A stretch of 64,000 nt of DNA, taken from assembly GCF_006345805.1 (NCBI RefSeq), contig NC_043008.1, positions 186,001 to 250,000 on the forward strand, read 5' to 3'. Below the pieces are notes generated by a model. That model saw only the letters and a program-made list of their open reading frames with translations. It did not search any database and was not told the origin of the DNA. Source of the stretch: Octopus sinensis (lineage: Eukaryota). Both the position numbers and the translations under genes were made by a program. Positions 53,120 through 64,000 of this stretch are shown here, in pieces. Numbering within the stretch: position 1 is the first letter of the stretch; each line of letters starts with the position of its first letter.

Positions 53120-53510
53120 TAGCTGCTTCAGTCATTAGATTGCGGCCATGCTGGGGCACTGCCTTGAAGAATTTTTAGCCGAATTAGTCCCAGGTTGCCT
53201 ACGCCTTTCCAGAAGCAAGAACGCGTCGAGTGCTCGAGGGTGGATTTGGAGATGTGCCAAGAAGATGAGTCAAAATTTTTCAAAAGACTGATTACACAGG
53301 ATGAAACCTGGGTCCATCACGATGATCCGGAGACCAAATCCCAGTCAATGCAGTGGAAGCACCGTGACTCACCCCCTCCAGTACTTTATTTTTCAAACCT
53401 GGTATTTATTCAATCGTTTTCTTTTGCCGAACCGCTATGTTACAGGGACGTAAACACATCAACATCAGTTGTCAAGTAGTGGTAGGGGACAAATACAGAC
53501 ACAAAGACAC
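53120..53510 (-). mobile_element. SINE family A 3' half carrying a mariner-derived insertion
   Basis: SINE sequence on both sides of 53188-53380. Confidence 0.8.
53188..53380 (+). other. 193-bp copy of mariner transposase segment 50379-50571
   Basis: One mismatch seen by eye (gtgaattt vs gtggattt). Confidence 0.95.
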
Positions 53511-53569
53511 ACACATATACAGACACACCCACGGAGACCCACCCATACACACACGTACACACACATATT

Positions 53570-53611
<42 letters not shown>

Positions 53612-53701
53612 GAATTTACAAAAAATAAAACACAAAAGACGAAGACGTGTATGTAAGCACCAAAAAGATGTATTAGTTTAACGCTCGGGAAGTGAGAAAG
53701 T

Positions 53702-53737
53702 CTTTTACCTTTCGAGCCTACGCTCTTCGTCAGAAAG
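53702..53737 (-). ncRNA. Minimal type I hammerhead ribozyme, intact core
   Basis: CUUU-CUGACGA-A-GAGC-GUAG-GCUC-GAAA-GG-U-A-AAAG; helix I CUUU/AAAG, helix II GAGC/GCUC. Lies in a family B terminal repeat (~53590-53790). Confidence 0.75.
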
Positions 53738-53788
53738 GAACACAGAAATAAACAGGAAAAGAAAATGAAAAAGGTTTAGTGGCTAGCG

Positions 53789-53904
<116 letters not shown>

Positions 53905-55675
53905 GTCTGTCTATCTATCTATCTGTCTGTATGTATGTATGTATAGAACGGCCTTCTTTCACTTTCCATGTACTAATTCCACTCAGAAGACTTTTATTGG
54001 CTCGAGGTTTATAGTAGGAGACACTTGCCCAAGGACCCACGCAGTGGAACTGAACGCAGAACCGCGTGGTTGGAAAACAAGCTTTTCACCACGTCTGCGC
54101 CTGATCACACACAGTCGCGCACACACCTGAACACACACACATACACACACATATATATATATATAACAATACAGCTGATTCAAAGAAGTCTTAGATTTAT
54201 GATGTTGTTAATAGAGCAATCGGGAATAATTATGGACAGGATATTTGAAGACACAAGAGAAGGCAAACACGTGTCTGACTGTGCGAGAGTGTAGGGGCGT
54301 AATGATGCATCAAATATAGAAATAGATTAATCAAACATTTGCAATTAAATTTATATTAATTTGTTTTATATTCAATTATATATTTATTTGATATTAATGT
54401 ACTTTAACGAAGAGTTCAAAATATCTCTTTAATATTCTTAGACACTTTTTGATCACAAGTTACAGTTTGAGAGAGAAAACTGATTTTCAGCTAATGATAA
54501 AAAATTAAAGATGCCGGATGCTGGAAAATGAAATTAAGAAAAAGACAGAAAAAAGAAAAATAATAACGGTGAAAGGGGAAAATGAATAGAAAAAAGTTAA
54601 TGGAACAAAAATATGGAAATTACAAAAATCGATGAATTGAAATTGGGTTGTAATGCATTTTATTATTATAACACGATTTTTTTTTTAATATTTGATATTT
54701 CGGAAGAGAAATATAAGAAATGATAACAAATGTTTAGAAGATAAAATGAATAAAAATATAAGTTAATATATGAACTAAATAAAACTAATAAAAGTATATA
54801 AAAAACTATCGAAATTGGGTTGAAAAGGTTTCACTATATGCATGGATGTTTGGCAGTGAAAACAAGAAGAATTATACACACACACACATACACCACACAC
54901 ACACACACATACACACACATATACATACTTACATATATACATATACATATAAATATATGTGTGTGTGCGTGTATGTAATACATATCTATAGATGTTATAT
55001 ATATTTATATACCTATAAACATACAATCTCTAAGGCCGTTAGCTGGCAGAGTTTGCTGTTTAGCGCCAATTTGTCCCGCTTTATATTCTGAGTTCAAATT
55101 CCGCCGACTGAACGTTTCATTTTTTTCGGGGTCGATAAAATAAGTACCAGCAAAGCATTGAGGTCGGGGTAGTCAATTTCCCATCCCCCGAGCTAATTTT
55201 ACAACCACACAGTTTCGCATAGTTTCAGTTTCATGAACACATAGACACTTAAACAAGGGTTTCTGCTCAAGTGCCGAGCCGACTAATAACCTTGTGAATG
55301 AATTCGTTACTCGCACTTTTTTGTGGAAGCCCGTATTGTATGTGGTGCATCATTGATGCTGACGTAATTCGTCAGGGGACTTGTCAAAATGTACCCTTTT
55401 TTTTAATCACTGTTAATCCTATTCCGATTAGAATACCTTTTAGTAGACGTCTGTAGTTACTCGCATACACGAGAAACTCTGGGACTCCCATATTCCTCTA
55501 TATGTATTCATGCACACACACACACACATGCCATACATATATACTTATATATAGTCAATTCAAATAAACAAACAATTCAAATAAACGAATAAAAAGGGAG
55601 GACACGAGGACGGGCACAAGATATGTATTAGTAATTTGACACTCTGCGGAAGGATATATAAGTATATACATATAT

Positions 55676-55977
55676 ATCACCGTGACCGACCAGGCTATCA
55701 GATGTTGCTACACATCGCTGGTCACAATGCGCTTCGCATTAATTTAGCCTTCAAATGACGCCACCTCGCTGACTAAGCGAGCAGACCAACAGAAGAAAGA
55801 GTAAGAGAAAATTGTGGCGAAAGAGTGCAGCAGGGATCGCCACCACCCCCTGCCGCAGCCTCGTGGAGCTTTAGGTGTTTTTGCTCAATAAACACTCACA
55901 ATGCCCGGTCTGGGAATCGATGCAGTGATCCTACGACCGCGAGTCCGCTGCCCTAACCACTGGGCCATTGCGCCTCC
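55676..55977 (-). mobile_element. tRNA-headed SINE family C, tail type 1
   Basis: Minus strand ggaggcgcaatggcccagtggttagggcagcggactcgcggtcgtagg...; tail ...tgtgaccagcgatgtgtagcaacatctgatagcctggtcggtcacggtga. Confidence 0.85.
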
Positions 55978-56111
55978 ACACACACACACATATATATGAA
56001 AAAAAGTCAAGATAGAAAATGCTAAAAAAATTTTATAAAAATCATTTCAGTACCGGTTCAGTCACTGAGAATTTTGTAACTGTAACAATTAAATAATTAA
56101 ATTTAGAAATA

Positions 56112-56156
<45 letters not shown>

Positions 56157-56200
56157 TTAATATTATATATGTATATATATATATTATATATATATATATA

Positions 56201-56242
<42 letters not shown>

Positions 56243-56246
56243 TATA

Positions 56247-56286
<40 letters not shown>

Positions 56287-56864
56287 GTCTGTATGTGTGG
56301 CAAGAAAATGAGAGAAAGAAAGCGAGAGATAGACAGAGAGACAGTAGTAAGAAGAGCTAGAAGTAGAGGAAGAAAAACCTGCGACAAAAATATGAAAAAT
56401 GGTGTGAATATTAATTTCGAAAGAAGAAAACAATACGGAGACTAGACTAAGGCAGTGGGGAATGTTGGCGGTGCCGCAGACTTGGCAGTTGTTTAATACA
56501 AACAATAATTTCATTAATGAATAATTGCTTTTCATTGAAATGCAAATCAGTAAAATAAACACTCAACGCACACACAGCCACGTACACATCCACACATCTA
56601 GTGAAACCTACACACACACACACACATCCTCAAAATATTGTTTTCTTAGTCAATTGAAATATTCAATATGTATTCCTAGTTAAATGTATATTAACATAAT
56701 GTTATATTTTGGAGAAGTCCATTATGTCTTAGCTGCATAATAACACTTCTACAGGAACACAAACATGCGATGTATTTAAGTGCCTTCACACTTTCCTATA
56801 TATGCATACATACACGCATAAACACCCACATACACATATATGAGCACACAAACGCTTATACACA

Positions 56865-57168
56865 CGGCGGTCGGCTGAAGATTTCTTTGGCTCTCCTAGA
56901 TACACCCATGGAATGTGTCCAAATGAGACTTATTTTTCAACATAGTCTCCCTTGCGGTCCGCACACTTCTGCTTTTGGTGCTGCAGTGCTTGGATCCTAT
57001 TGGTGAGGAAACTTTCAGCCACTTAGTCAAAAATGTCATCAACGACCGATATGTCATCGTTATCACTACGATACTGGTCTCAGCCAAGTGTTTCTTCACG
57101 TTGGAGACCAGACGATAGTCAGATGCGGCAAGATCTGGAGCACAGGGACGGTGATCAACAGAATCAAA
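56865..57168 (-). mobile_element. Mariner 3' fragment (third subfamily)
   Basis: Minus strand FDSVDHRPCAPDLAASDYRLVSNVKKHLA...IQALQH...KCADRKGDYVEK*; the TIR-like end resembles the solo TIR tacgagggtgggctgaaa at ~20849. Confidence 0.8.
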
Positions 57169-57380
57169 GCATATATATATATATATATACAGTGTGTGTG
57201 TGTGTGTAGTGCATCCAGTTGGTAACTACTAAGTTTTCATATATATTTTATTTCCTGTTTCATCTGCTTGTATTGACTCCCAAAATGTCACGTTTAAAGT
57301 CATTTCCTTATTTAAAAAAAATTGTTTTATTTTGAATATAAATCTTATGCTTTTCTGTATATTACTTACTTAGTTATTAC

Positions 57381-57456
<76 letters not shown>

Positions 57457-57784
57457 TATTTTTTTACTGTATTACGGGGTCTAATGAAATTATCACATGA
57501 AAATTTTGCGATAAGAAAAAATTTACAGGTTACTCAATAGTAGTTATTTAGTTCTCACATAAAGATTTTAGGAGCGGAAAACACACCCACCATATTCATT
57601 CATTCATTCACAGATATTTACAAATGTTTTCAGATGACGTACTCAATGAATGAACGTTTGCACTTAGAGACTATTGATCAAAGAAATACGCAGTCACATA
57701 TATATATATATACACCCACATATTAATATATAAGTACATATATATATATATATAGATACATATATATATATATAGATACATACA

Positions 57785-57852
<68 letters not shown>

Positions 57853-57924
57853 TATACATATATATACATAAAAGTAAAAAGTAAGAGTCAAAAGAAAGAG
57901 TAAGTACGGTTAGGCAGCATTTTA

Positions 57925-58047
57925 ATCACTATCAAAGGTTTCGATACATACAGATCCTCGTATATACAGGATTTAAAGTTAAGTTTAAATTAAATTATTT
58001 AACGTTTTACCTGTATAACAAGATCCATATGTATCTCCTCAGGTGAT
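57925..58047 (-). ncRNA. Type I hammerhead ribozyme with fully canonical core and long helix II
   Basis: AUCAC-CUGAGGA-GAUACAUAUGGAUCUUGUUAUACAGG-(39 nt)-CCUGUAUAUACGAGGAUCUGUAUGUAUC-GAAA-CCUUUGA-U-A-GUGAU. Confidence 0.85.
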
Positions 58048-58320
58048 ACTCATTTGCTGTCTCCCTAAATAAATTTAGATTTCCATGCTACAACATCCAT
58101 GGCTTCTTCTTTGAAACTAACAAACGCTGACGGTTTCAATTCGCTCGGTTTGAGTGTGTTATCACGTTCGACATGAGCTGCAATGTGCAAGTTGTCTGTT
58201 TACTTATTCACTTTCAACATGTTATTCTGCACATGCCAAACTGTACCATTACATCCTTGTAATTATACATGTTATACCTACATATATATATAATAGACAA
58301 AGTGAATGCGTTGGAGAGAT

Positions 58321-58702
58321 CGTGGCACTCCGTCGGTTACGACGACGAAGGTTCCAGTTGATCCGATCAACGGAACAGCCTGCTCGTGAAATGTGAAATC
58401 AACGTGCAAGTGGCTGAGTGCTCCTTAGATACGTGTGCCCTTAAGGTAGTTCTCGGAGAGATTCAGCGTGACACAGAGTGTGACAAGGCTGGCCCTTTGA
58501 AATGCAGGTACAACAGGAAGAAAGAGTGAGAGAAAATTGTGGTGAAAGAGTACAGTAGGGTTCGCCAGCACCCCTGCCGGAGCCTCGTGGAGCTTTAGAC
58601 ATATTCACTCAATAAACACTCACAACGTCTGGTTTGGGAATCGAAACCGCGATCTTATGACCACGAGTCCGCTGTCCTAACTACTATGCCATTGTGCCTC
58701 TA
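58321..58702 (-). mobile_element. tRNA-headed SINE family C, tail type 2, with 12-bp target-site duplication
   Basis: Head and body homologous to 55790-55977; TSD cgttggagagat at 58309-58320 and 58703-58714. Confidence 0.9.
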
Positions 58703-59399
58703 CGTTGGAGAGATAAACATACATTCTTGTTAATAGTGTATTTGTAAAGACTTTTAAGTAAGCCATAACAAATTAAAAATGAACTTAATGCCTTTGAAAG
58801 TGCCCATATTGAATGCATAGCCCCATTTACGCCTTTCTTTTCAAAATTCTATCCAAAGAAACCACATCAAACTGGTGAAACCAAGTGCGAAAATCAAGCG
58901 TATCATCACCCAAATACGTCACATTTTCGAGCGGTGGAACCGGTTCTCACAGTTGGTGGGGTTTGTTTTGTTGACTTCCGCTTGCCTAGTGCACGTTATG
59001 GTAGTACTCAAACACACTGCTGCTCCATTTTAAAGATTTAATATGATACGATACTTCTACTGTAGTTAGTATGATAGTATTTATTCTGAAGTTCGTACTT
59101 AGAAATTTAACTTCTGTTGAAAATGTTCCTGGTTTTGAGGTGGTTAAAATATTTTCCGCCGTTGCAGAGGGTACAATACTTTGCATATGACATCTACTTA
59201 CTTCTGGCGTGCGGTATACAACCGAAATTCTAGATTCTGCCTGCAAAATCCAAATCACAAGGCTTTGGTCAACCGGGACTATAGTAGAAAACTCTTGTTT
59301 AAGGTGCCAGGCAGAGGGACTGAGCTTGGAACCTGGAACCTAGAACCATGTGGTTGAGAAGCAAACTTCTTACCACACAGTCGCTTCTGACCCTATATA

Positions 59400-59611
59400 C
59401 CGGGTGGCCCAAAAGTAGGTACACAGTTATTCAACTATCTCCTTTGTATTCACATATTAACAGTTTAGTTCTTAATTATAGAAAAATATGAAGCAATTAT
59501 TCTATGCTAATTTAGTTAATTGTAAGATAGAAATTTAAATGTAATAAAATGTTTTAAAAGAAATTTAAAGTGCCTACGTGATAAGTGTAAACCTACATTT
59601 TGGTTCACCTG
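59400..59611. mobile_element. Tc1/mariner-type MITE
   Basis: TA-ccgggtggcccaaaagtaggt ... acctacattttggttcacctg-TA; imperfect TIRs around an AT-rich interior. Confidence 0.65.
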
Positions 59612-59954
59612 TATGTATGTATGTATGTATGTATGTATGTATGTATGTATGTATGTATGTATGTATATATATATTATATCTATATATATATATTATATAT
59701 ATATATATATATAACATATACGTATGTATACAGCATGTGAATCTCAATGTATGTGTAAGCGATGGTAATAAGTAAATATTTTACTTTGGGTTGGATAAAA
59801 TAAGTACACGTTGTGTTCTGGGGTCGATGTAATCGACTTAACGGAATTGCCGGCCTTACACCAAAATTTGAAACGAACGTTGAATTATTTTACAATTTAA
59901 CTGATGTCGGTTGTCTATTTATTGAGTGAGAATATGAAGCGGTACCTCTTACGC

Positions 59955-60385
59955 TTTACTTGCTTCACATCAGTTGATTGCGGCCATGCTGGGGCACCAC
60001 CTTGAAAGGTATTTTTACTCGAAGAAACCGACCCAAGGACTTCCATTTTTAAAGGTTAGTATGTAGTCTATCGCTCTCTTTTGCTGTACAGCTAGATTTG
60101 GGGACGTAAACTCAAGCGGTGATTGGGGACAGACACATAAACAAAGACACACAGACATATATGCATGCATACACACACACATGTATATATATATATAATA
60201 TATATATATATGAATATATATATGACAGGCTACTTTCAGTTTCCGTCTACCAAATCCACTCATAAGGCTTTGGTCGGCACAAAACTATAGTAGAAGACAC
60301 TCGCCTAAGATGTCCCGCAGTGGGACTTAACTCGGAACCACGTTGTTGAGAAGCAAGTGCTTACCACACGGCCACGCCTGTGCCT
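59955..60385 (-). mobile_element. SINE family A, full length
   Basis: Tail, internal microsatellite, CORE-like segment and head (cacaggcgtggccgtgtggtaagc) are all present. Confidence 0.85.
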
Positions 60386-60969
60386 CTCTCTCTTTCTCCT
60401 CCTCTCTCTTTTTCCTTCCTCTCTCTTTCTCTCAGTAGTAGTAAATATTTCGTAGTTAACTACACCCTGCGTAGGCAGATATTCAGACAGTGAGATGGTT
60501 GTTACGATATCGATTTACAAACAATGGATAACTGGCTCTTATCTCGTACTTCGGGCTCTGATGTGACTCTAACAACGTTCAATGGCACACTGCAGCCAGT
60601 CGTGTAATTCGGTGGCACTACGCATTATGGTGGCGCTGCTCATTGTTAAAGACATAAGCATCTTCTCCCAAACTGATGAGGAGGAACGAATCTGTGATGT
60701 AGAACCTTGATTTATTGATTATACTACTCATATATCAAAGCGTTGAAACTGGTCGCTATTCCCGAGTGATGGCTTGAACTCCACGTCCACCTAAAGAACT
60801 TCTCATTAATTTTAATTAGCAGTTGCTAATTGCGGCGATGAAAGTTTCAATTTTGTAGCGTTTAGTAATATCTCGGTGAATAAATGCAAGCTTGGTGAGT
60901 TTAGTTCTTACGTTGAAGTTCAGGTCAGGTGTTAAGATACTAAGTGCGAATATTTAGACTAATGGATAT

Positions 60970-61016
<47 letters not shown>

Positions 61017-61225
61017 ATGGGAATGTGTGTGTTTGTGTGCAGTGTTGAGTTATAAACAAAATAGTTAAAAGAGGTGGCATTATAAGTACGAATGTTACAT
61101 AGTGAATCATCTTGGTCGAAGTGTATCACGTAGAGATGTCTTTCAACTTTAATAAAGTCCCTCTTGACAAGAGACCAGAAGACTTAATTGTACTTTAGGA
61201 AGAGATGAAGAGATAGTCAGAGAAA

Positions 61226-61271
<46 letters not shown>

Positions 61272-61391
61272 GGGGGGAGAGCGTGAGAATGAAAACTTAC
61301 GGTGAATGAACTATTTTTAATTGTTGCTGTTACACTCATAGAAAATACGTTACAATTTGCTTGTTAACGCTTTCTTGTCATTGTTCTACAG

Positions 61392-61571
61392 TACCTGAAT
61401 AAAGATGGTATTCATGAGATTTCAGCCGGTGCTGCCAACCGTGGGGCAAGCATTCGCATACCAAGAGCTGTGGCAGATGAAAAGAAGGGTTACCTCGAAG
61501 ATAGACGCATCTCTTCCAATTGTGACCCAAATTCAGCTACGGAAATCATTATCAAGACCGTGTTATTATAA
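61392..61571 (+). pseudogene. GLUL: Glutamine synthetase (GS II) C-terminal fragment; possible terminal exon or 5'-truncated retrocopy
   Basis: [59 protein letters not shown]. This matches the GS II signature [16 protein letters not shown]...GYLEDRRPSSNCDPY. Preceded by a pyrimidine-rich tract ending ctacag (61389-61391), in frame. Confidence 0.85.
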
Positions 61572-61644
61572 GCAAATTCTCTCTGCTCTTACTTTCTCTC
61601 CTTGAAAAACGATTTACAAATGATATACTCTAATTTTTTTGTTT

Positions 61645-61803
61645 AATCTGATCTTGGAAGACCGTCACCAGAGAAATGACGAGGTTATTGATATGGTCGG
61701 TGTGTCCTGGAGCTCGTGCCAACGAATTTTGTGGAGGAATTGAAAAGAGAAATGAAAAGAGTTGCAGCAAAATCTGTGCCTCACTTGCTCACGGAAGATC
61801 AAA
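61645..61803 (+). mobile_element. Mariner transposase N-terminal (HTH/linker) fragment
   Basis: LILEDRHQRNDEVIDMVGVSWSSCQRIL..EL..MKRVAAKSVPHLLTEDQK, matching the DRR...GIS.GS.Q.IL...MxRVAAKFVPxLLTxDQK pattern. Confidence 0.8.
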
Positions 61804-62206
61804 ATACTCAGGGAAATAGGTCATCTGACCAGACTAGATATCTAGAATGAAGTAAACGAAGTTGTGCAGTAAGATATGGGGTGATTTTATTTTTATAAAG
61901 ATTTCTTTTAGTGAAGAAAATTGTCTCCAAGACTCGTAGGAAAGAGCGGGGAAGGAAAGATGTCCTCAAGCCAGCGATCTATCTGAAAAGACTTACAAAA
62001 GAGTCGACTCCGTAAAAGGTACCAAATTTGCCAGGTGATAATGTTAAACCGAGCGATGGGGTAAATCTACACCTGAAGTCATAGACGGATTTAAACGCTA
62101 AAAGTGGAGAGAAGTCACTAAAGTGAACAAGGTTACTAAGCGGCACCAATATCGCTAGAAATAAGAGTCAACACAACACAATAACCACAAAAAAGCAGAA
62201 AGATAG

Positions 62207-62294
<88 letters not shown>

Positions 62295-62663
62295 GCTTAT
62301 GTATGTATGTATGTATGTATGTATGTATGTATGTATGTATGTATGTATGTATGTATGTATCTATCTATCTATCTATCTATCTATCCTATTCTATTCTATT
62401 CTATTTCATCCATCAGTCTATATTTGTTGGCTATATAACATTCTATATATGTATCTAGCTGTCTACTTGTCTGTCCATGGAGTTTGATACATATATAGAA
62501 AGGCAGAAAGATAGATATCCAAGTAAAATGATAAATTATGCTGTGTAAACAGAAACACACACGTACGTGCGCGCGAATACACACGCACATCCACATCATC
62601 ATCAGTGGTTCATATATCCGAAAGAAAAGCACACTCTAAATTATTAGAGGTTAACAATTTTTT

Positions 62664-62832
62664 TAGGTAGTTAAAAGTTATGGCCGATCTTAAGGTGACC
62701 ATTAGTTTTACACCGTGAACCGCTTAGCACTATAGGCGACTCGTCAGAAACTAAGTCGCCTGTACTGCTAAGCGCTTTATAGGTGCGAAACGAATGGTTA
62801 CTTTAAGACCGGCGATAACTTTTAACTTCCTA
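62664..62832. mobile_element. Fully palindromic TA-flanked element (hairpin MITE-like), ~78-bp arms
   Basis: taggtagttaaaagttatggccgatcttaaggtgaccatt...cgcttagcactataggcgact pairs with agtcgcctgtactgctaagcg...aatggttactttaagaccggcgataacttttaacttccta. Confidence 0.8.
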
Positions 62833-62992
62833 ATATATAAGTATGATAGTGTACAAACCATGAACTATTTATACACGAAAGAGGTGACCTTTGACAGGAT
62901 ACCTTGCATGCTAGAAAAGGCAGTCAAAACCCGAACCACGAATAAAAGCAATTTCAAGGAGAATGAATATAAAAAATATTTTTATAGTTAAT

Positions 62993-63058
62993 CTCAAACT
63001 CGAGTTTCTGTATCAATGAGCAAATAAATTAATTTGTCATTTGTACTTCATCAGTGGC
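62993..63058 (-). ncRNA. Type I hammerhead ribozyme, intact core, palindromic helix III
   Basis: GCCA-CUGAUGA-A-GUACAAAUGACAAAU-UAAUUU-AUUUGCUCAUUGAUAC-A-GAAA-CUCGAG-U-U-UGAG. Confidence 0.7.
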
Positions 63059-63067
63059 GTCGCTAAA

Positions 63068-63106
<39 letters not shown>

Positions 63107-63739
63107 TTAGATAGATAGATACAGAGAGAAGAGAGAAGCAGAGAGAAAAGAAATAGAGAGGAGAGAGTGAGAGATCGAATGAGAGTAAGCGTGGGATTAA
63201 GTTGTCGGAAAGAAAGCAAATGATCATAACCTATGACAGAAAAAATATATAAAGACATAATCTACATGAATAAAGGAATAACAAACACTCATGTACACAC
63301 ACACACCTACACCCACGCACGCGCACTCATACACATTCACACCAAAATATAAAGATGTGTTATCCGTTCTTTTCAGACAAGAGTGCAGACGTAGGTACAT
63401 AAAAATTTCATTCACTGGTCACATTGAATATAATGTACTAACTTCGGTACGTAAGGACGGGCGAAAGAGATTAATGAAAGGACGTGTGAGAGAGATTAAT
63501 GAAATTTCACCGTAGTTACTCCTAAGTTAGATTAATGTTCGGCTCCTGAACGTATTTTGTGTAAGTACATTCTTACATTGGTGAATGTATTTTTACTTAT
63601 TGACTTCTGAGTGTATATTGGTGAAATTCGGATTGCAAGTAATTGTTAGCAAATAATAATTTTTTACAGTGAAAGGAAATGAACTTATTGCACTGTTAAT
63701 CAAATAATCTAAACTAATGAGAGAGTTTCTGTCTGTCTA

Positions 63740-64000
63740 TCTGTCTATGTATGTATGTATGTATGTATGTATGTATGTATGTATGTATGTATGGTATGTA
63801 TGTATGTAGCATGTATGTATGTAAGTATGTATGCTGTATGTATGTATGTATGTTGTATGTATGTATGTATTATGTATGTATGTATGTATGTATGTATGTC
63901 TGTATGTATGTATGTATGTATGTAGTATGTATGTATGTATGTATGTATGTATGTATGTATGTATGTATGTATGTATGTATGTATGCATGTATGTATGTAA
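63740..64000. repeat. (TATG)n array
   Basis: Directly visible. Confidence 0.95.

Noticed and set aside
59202-59240. Apparent 39-nt minus-strand mini-exon (ttttgcag...gtaagt)
   Set aside because: The acceptor and exon align with a degenerate SINE A segment (ggatttggtagacggaaactg...).

Overview
AT-rich, microsatellite-dense animal genomic DNA. The SINE families and the (AT)n/(CATA)n/(TATC)n load suggest an octopod cephalopod (inference). I find no intact protein-coding gene. Almost all ORFs in the supplied track are translations of simple repeats. The window is a transposon graveyard: several tRNA-headed SINE families (dozens of copies); remnants of CR1-type, RTE, L1/Tx1 and Penelope-like (PLE) retroelements; one near full-length irritans-type mariner (49856-51144); four other mariner fragments; and two TA-flanked MITEs. 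The only host-gene-like sequence is a C-terminal fragment of glutamine synthetase (61392-61571). The most interesting signal is RNA-structural: about a dozen minimal type I hammerhead ribozyme motifs, several inside PLE-type terminal repeats, belonging to at least five sequence families. Helix I, helix II and a palindromic helix III co-vary around the conserved CUGANGA/GAAA core. Three motifs keep all core nucleotides with credible helices (57925-58047, 62993-63058, 53702-53737). Other notable items are a 193-bp near-identical piece of the mariner copied into a SINE 2.8 kb away, a LINE-SINE shared 3' tail, and several fold-back palindromes. Repeat boundaries were read by eye and are approximate to within tens of bp unless exact motifs are quoted.
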